DNA from: an uncultured cyanobacterium
GTDB lineage: Bacteria > Cyanobacteriota > Cyanobacteriia > Pseudanabaenales > Pseudanabaenaceae
Direction of reading: 5' to 3'
Assembly (NCBI GenBank): GCA_963703315.1
Contig: OY969811.1
Span: forward strand, 2,272,001 to 2,336,000
Length of the DNA stretch: 64,000 nucleotides
The notes beneath the pieces are model-generated. The model was not told where the DNA came from. It saw only the letters and a list, made by a program, of their open reading frames with translations, and made no database searches. The position numbers and the translations under genes were made by a program. This document shows, piece by piece, positions 59,767 to 64,000 of the stretch. Numbering within the stretch: the stretch's first letter is position 1; each line of letters begins with the position of its first letter.

Positions 59767-60147
59767 TTAAGAAGTAGGCGTACTGGTGAATTCCCAGCCA
59801 TTGGCTTCTGAATAGCGCTCCATAAATCGCATGAAGCGATCCCAATGCTCAGTTGAACCAACATCAAACACAATTTCAATTTTTGCCAATTCTTCGTCAT
59901 CACCTTTATCTTTCCAAAACAGTTTGGAACTTTTCGGCTCAATGGAAATAGTGCCTTCACTATCGACGAGACGAATATCATTAAACGATGCCTTGGCGAA
60001 ACTATTCGCGCCTTGCACTGCCTTGATATTGACAAAAGTCATCTTCACAGAGTTTTCACCCGTATTGCGATCGCGCCTTAGTCGCACATCACTCAACTCT
60101 TCGGGAATCCCTGCAAAAAATTCAATCGATGGAGTTATGGAATTCAT
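59767..60147 (-). CDS. psb28: Photosystem II assembly factor Psb28 family protein (probably Psb28-2 type)
   Basis: SIEFFAGIPEELSDVRLRR, LVDSEGTI, WDRFMRFMERYSEANG. Confidence 0.9.
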   Translation of the reverse strand: MNSITPSIEFFAGIPEELSDVRLRRDRNTGENSVKMTFVNIKAVQGANSFAKASFNDIRLVDSEGTISIEPKSSKLFWKDKGDDEELAKIEIVFDVGSTEHWDRFMRFMERYSEANGWEFTSTPTS

Positions 60148-61772
60148 GGTTTTCTCTCCTTGATCAACTTCAAATAATCATCACGAAAATGGCGCAAGGT
60201 ACTCACAATTGGGTTGGGTGCAGATTGTCCTAAACCGCACAGGCTCATGGATTTGACCATGCCACAGAGTTCTTCGAGACTGGCGAGATCGGCTTCTGTC
60301 GCTTGGCGATCGACAAACTTGGTCAATAACTGATGCAGTTGCACCGTACCAGCCCGACAGGGAACGCATTTACCACAGGATTCATCCATACAGAATTGAA
60401 TGAAAAATCTTGCCATATCGACCATGTTCGTATTTTCATCCATCACCACCATGCCGCCTGAACCGATGATCGAACCGAGGGCTTGCATCGCTTCATAGTC
60501 AACGGAAGTATCAAAGGCAGAGGCAGGAATACAACCACCCGACGGACCGCCTGTCTGGACTGCCTTCACTTTGCCACCATCAGATGCACCGCCGCCCATA
60601 TCTTCGACAATTTGGCGTAAGGGAATACCCATTGGTACTTCCACTAGACCCGTATTCGCAATATTGCCAGCCAGAGAAAACACCTTTGTACCTTTGCTTT
60701 TCTCTGTGCCGATGCTGGCATACCATGCGCCGCGATTACGAATAATCGGGACGATGTTGGCAAAGGTTTCTACATTGTTGATTAATGTCGGTGCGCCCCA
60801 AAGACCAGATTCGGCGGGGTAGGGTGGGCGAGGATGGGGAATACCGCGACCGCCTTCAATAGAAGCAATCAGCGCTGTTTCTTCACCGCAAACGTAAGCT
60901 CCTGCGCCGACACGCACATCGATCTTAAAGTCAAAGGTGGACTCAAAGATTTGACTGCCGAGGATACCGTGCTGTTTAGCTTGCTGAATCGCTAAACGGA
61001 TATGCTCGATCGCTGGTGGATACTCAGCCCGCACATAGACATAGCCGTGAGTTGCACCCACCGCATAGGCGGCGATCGCCATGCCTTCTAAGACACGATG
61101 GGGATCGCTCTCTAAAATACTGCGATCCATAAATGCCCCTGGGTCGCCCTCATCGGCATTGCAGATCACATACTTTTGTTGAGGCTGATTTGGAGTTTGA
61201 TTGCGCCGCCGATCTTGCATTTTGGCAACCGTCGCCCATTTCAAACCTGTGGGATAGCCCGCACCACCACGACCGCGCAAACCACTGCGGGTGACTTCAT
61301 CAATCACTTGCTGCGGACTCATTTCATGGAGAGTACGATACAGTTGGCGGTAGCCACCAACAGCGATGTAAGACTCGATGCGGGTGGGATCGATCTGCCC
61401 AATATGTTCTAAGACAATCCGCAACTGTTGCTTAAAAAATGGATGTTCGAGATCACCGACAGTGGCAGTAACGTTACCACCCTTTAACCCACTGACAATC
61501 GAAGCTGCTTGATCCGCCGTAACCTGTTCATAGAGAACACGGGATGAATCGATCGCCACTAAAGGACCGCGACCACAAAACCCCATACAACCGACGCTCA
61601 CCACTTCCGCCGTATCGGTGAGTCCTTCCGCATGAATCGCACCATCAAGGCGATCGCGTACTTCTAAAGAACCAGAGGCTTGGCATCCACCCGAAGTACA
61701 ACAGCGAATCCGAATACTTTTTTGGCGATCGCGCTCTTCTTTAGCAATTTCTAGTAATCTTTCAATATCCAT
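60144..61772 (-). CDS. hoxF: Diaphorase subunit HoxF
   Basis: GLRGRGGAGYPTGLKW, CNADEGDPGAFMDR, GAYVCGEETAL, ESCGKCVPCR, SLCGLG; ATG at 61772 preferred. Confidence 0.97.
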   Translation of the reverse strand: MDIERLLEIAKEERDRQKSIRIRCCTSGGCQASGSLEVRDRLDGAIHAEGLTDTAEVVSVGCMGFCGRGPLVAIDSSRVLYEQVTADQAASIVSGLKGGNVTATVGDLEHPFFKQQLRIVLEHIGQIDPTRIESYIAVGGYRQLYRTLHEMSPQQVIDEVTRSGLRGRGGAGYPTGLKWATVAKMQDRRRNQTPNQPQQKYVICNADEGDPGAFMDRSILESDPHRVLEGMAIAAYAVGATHGYVYVRAEYPPAIEHIRLAIQQAKQHGILGSQIFESTFDFKIDVRVGAGAYVCGEETALIASIEGGRGIPHPRPPYPAESGLWGAPTLINNVETFANIVPIIRNRGAWYASIGTEKSKGTKVFSLAGNIANTGLVEVPMGIPLRQIVEDMGGGASDGGKVKAVQTGGPSGGCIPASAFDTSVDYEAMQALGSIIGSGGMVVMDENTNMVDMARFFIQFCMDESCGKCVPCRAGTVQLHQLLTKFVDRQATEADLASLEELCGMVKSMSLCGLGQSAPNPIVSTLRHFRDDYLKLIKERKP

Positions 61773-61774
61773 AG

Positions 61775-62257
61775 TTAATGTTCCTCTAACCAACCTTTGA
61801 CCTTAGCTAAAACCTGTTCGGGACTTTGTTGGCGCGATACATACCCGTCATAGATTGCCGCAGGTGCAACACCACAGTTACCAATGCAGCGCTCCACTCG
61901 CAAAAACACTTTGCCATCAGGCGATCGACCTCCTGCCTGAAGATGTAATTCTTTCATTAAGATATCTAACAAAGCCTTGCCACCTTTGGTATAGCAAGCA
62001 GTTCCTAGGCAAATAGAACAGGTGTGTTGGCATTTCGGCTGTATCGAAAAGAGATGATAGAAAGTTGCCACACCATATACACGACTAAGGGGCAGTTTTA
62101 ATTCTCTAGCAATATAGATGAGGACTTCTTTTTCGAGATAGCCAAACTGTTCTTGCGCCTTATGTAATACTTCAATCAGAGCATCTTGACGACTACGATT
62201 TTGGCGAATTGTTAAATCTAAAGAATGGAATCGCGGATCGAGCGAACTATTTTCCAT
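61775..62257 (-). CDS. hoxE: Diaphorase subunit HoxE
   Basis: LIEVLHKAQEQFGYL, VYGVATFYHLF, CLGTAC, RCIGNC. Confidence 0.95.
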   Translation of the reverse strand: MENSSLDPRFHSLDLTIRQNRSRQDALIEVLHKAQEQFGYLEKEVLIYIARELKLPLSRVYGVATFYHLFSIQPKCQHTCSICLGTACYTKGGKALLDILMKELHLQAGGRSPDGKVFLRVERCIGNCGVAPAAIYDGYVSRQQSPEQVLAKVKGWLEEH

Positions 62258-62522
62258 CTTCGGCTCCTAAAGTAGCGTTATCGACAGCATAAACAATACC
62301 TTTGTTGTTAAAGTAGAGGTATTTGGTACTATCCATATTCTATTTTCTAATTTCTGGCTGAAAGTAGCTAGAAAAACATAAAACTTAAATACTTTTGAGG
62401 TTGTTGTGAACTTGTGTTGCAATATTTGAGATATTTTCTTAAGTTTTGTCGGAGGAGAGAATTTCGTACCCAAAAAGCGAGAAAATTAGATGTGAGATGA
62501 TCCATTAGGTAGGAAAATCAAA

Positions 62523-63716
62523 ATGGGAAGTAACCACAAACCCAAGCGTATCGGTATTCTGACCAGTGGCGGAGACTGTCCCGGACTTAATGCGGTAATT
62601 CGTGCCGTTGTCAAGGTTGCAACCTATAAGTATGGATGGGAAGTCTATGGTATTCCCTATGGAACCGATGGCTTTATTGAGCTTTTAGTTGGTAACCGCC
62701 AACCTGAAGAGTTACGCATCAAAGAACATGGCTATGATATTCCTGGATTAGTGCAGGGGCTAGATATTCTCTATTTTTTGAGTGGTAGTGTGTTGGGTTC
62801 GATTAGTAAGGGTGATCCTGAACGCCATGCTGATGACATTATCAAAGGCTACGAGAAATTAGACTTAACTGCTTTAATTGTCATGGGTGGGGATGGAAGT
62901 ATTGAGATTTTAGATGGATTAGCCCAAAAAGCTGCTGATCAAGGAGCCTCATGGAATTGGGTCGCAATTCCCAAAACCATCGATAATGACATTCCCTTTA
63001 CGGAAGCCTCTGTCGGTTTTGATACGGCTGTGAATCGGGTTACCCAAGCTCTTTACGATCTCACCTTTACCGCCGCCAGTCACGATCGCGTCATGATTGT
63101 GCAAGTGATGGGGCGAGATTCAGGATATTTGGCGATGGAAGCAGGTCTAGCTGGTGGTGCAGATGCAATCTTAATTCCTGAACTCACTCCTATTTTGAAA
63201 GAGGATGTGATTATGGGAGTCTGTCAACATATTGCTAAATTGCAGCAGAACGGTAGAAGATTTGCACTCGTAGTTGTTGCTGAGGGTGTAAAAAATCAGC
63301 TTGGACAGAAGGAACATTACATTGGTGATTATCTAGCGCGTCAGATCCAAGAATGTAGCAATATGCTGTGTAATATCGATACAGCAGCCCCCCATCAAAT
63401 CCATCCTTTCGATACGCGCGTGACAGTGTTAGGTCATGTCCAAAGAGGTGGTACACCAACTTCTAGCGATCGCCTCTTAGCAACTGCCTTTGGTCGGGAG
63501 GCTGTAGATTTAATTGCGAATGGAAACTATAACCAGATGGTGATTTGGGAAAATGGTAGGGTAAGTAGTGTTCCCATCAGTCGAGTAATTGAGCAAATTA
63601 AAAAAGGACGTAGGGAAAAGAAAGCACCTTCACGGGTTGATCCTCAAGGATTCTTGGTGCGAACAGCACGGGATATTGGTATTTATGTGGGAGAGGCAGG
63701 TCGGGATGATCAATAG
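62523..63716 (+). CDS. pfkA: 6-phosphofructokinase (PfkA family)
   Basis: IGILTSGGDCPGLN, GGDGS, IPKTIDND, VMGRDSG, LGHVQRGG. Confidence 0.95.
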   Translation: MGSNHKPKRIGILTSGGDCPGLNAVIRAVVKVATYKYGWEVYGIPYGTDGFIELLVGNRQPEELRIKEHGYDIPGLVQGLDILYFLSGSVLGSISKGDPERHADDIIKGYEKLDLTALIVMGGDGSIEILDGLAQKAADQGASWNWVAIPKTIDNDIPFTEASVGFDTAVNRVTQALYDLTFTAASHDRVMIVQVMGRDSGYLAMEAGLAGGADAILIPELTPILKEDVIMGVCQHIAKLQQNGRRFALVVVAEGVKNQLGQKEHYIGDYLARQIQECSNMLCNIDTAAPHQIHPFDTRVTVLGHVQRGGTPTSSDRLLATAFGREAVDLIANGNYNQMVIWENGRVSSVPISRVIEQIKKGRREKKAPSRVDPQGFLVRTARDIGIYVGEAGRDDQ

Positions 63717-63840
63717 GTAGGCTAAATAAAAAACGCGCTTCCCTGAGTTGGCAACAAAAAAACAGATCTGAATTTGACATTCAGTTATAATCGTTCAACG
63801 TATTTTTTTAGATTGTTTACAGCTTAATGTCCTGAACTGA

Positions 63841-64000
63841 ATGGCAAGTCAAAATCTCCACCTTCCTCACAAACAAGAAGAAAAGCTAATTAATGAAGTC
63901 GCTGAGTCGATCTCTAAGCCTGATCATTCGCCTGTGATGTTTAATGTCTGGGGAATTGGTGGAGTTGGTAAATCTACACTGCTCAGGAAATTTCAAGAAG
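63841..64000 (+). CDS. Partial P-loop ATPase (AAA/NB-ARC-like), truncated by the window edge
   Basis: Translates MASQNLHLPHKQEEKLINEVAESISKPDHSPVMFNVWGIGGVGKSTLLRKFQE (Walker A GIGGVGKST). Confidence 0.75.
   Translation, partial: MASQNLHLPHKQEEKLINEVAESISKPDHSPVMFNVWGIGGVGKSTLLRKFQE

Noticed and set aside
56094..62257. Numerous antisense/overlapping ORFs of 60-130 aa in hox, gltD, gyrB and other genes
   Set aside because: Shadows of well-supported genes, with no independent motifs
62300..62350. Possible LexA or NtcA box upstream of hoxE
   Set aside because: GTA/TAC half-sites are present but the spacing does not fit the consensus sequences
1..64000. High frequency of GCGATCGC
   Set aside because: This is the well-known cyanobacterial HIP1 repeat; used only as a marker of native versus foreign DNA

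Overview
Chromosomal window from a cyanobacterium. The HIP1 octamer GCGATCGC is very abundant, and the hox/hyp genes, Psb28, DUF4327 and the style of intergenic palindromes suggest a Pseudanabaena-like strain (inference). Most genes are housekeeping or metabolic: a DesD-like desaturase, gltD, bolA, xth, mobA, gyrB with a 435-aa HNH intein, a B12-riboswitch-led hupE-cobW-cobG unit, an intron-less tRNA-Leu(UAA), ABC transporter subunits, a P450, a PAS histidine kinase, an EPS glycosyltransferase cluster, hypB/hypA/hoxW/hypE, the hoxEFUYH bidirectional hydrogenase operon and pfkA. Mobile DNA includes an IS4/IS701-like element, an IS5 element that splits an HTH-NB-ARC-TPR gene, two MITEs with target duplications, GTAG-type REP composites flanking an Rpn nuclease gene, and many GC-rich triloop palindromes. 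The best candidate for an undescribed system is a HIP1-free two-gene cassette at 9959-11324. It encodes a divergent RelA/SpoT-like nucleotidyltransferase with an 'IQR'-repeat leader resembling those of eCIS effectors, followed by a small acidic putative immunity protein. Other notable items are a psb28 gene translationally coupled inside the hox operon, a pseudokinase-FGE protein resembling cyanobacterial DGR targets, and covarying structured repeats around the Rpn gene. All family assignments come from motif recognition by eye; no searches were run.
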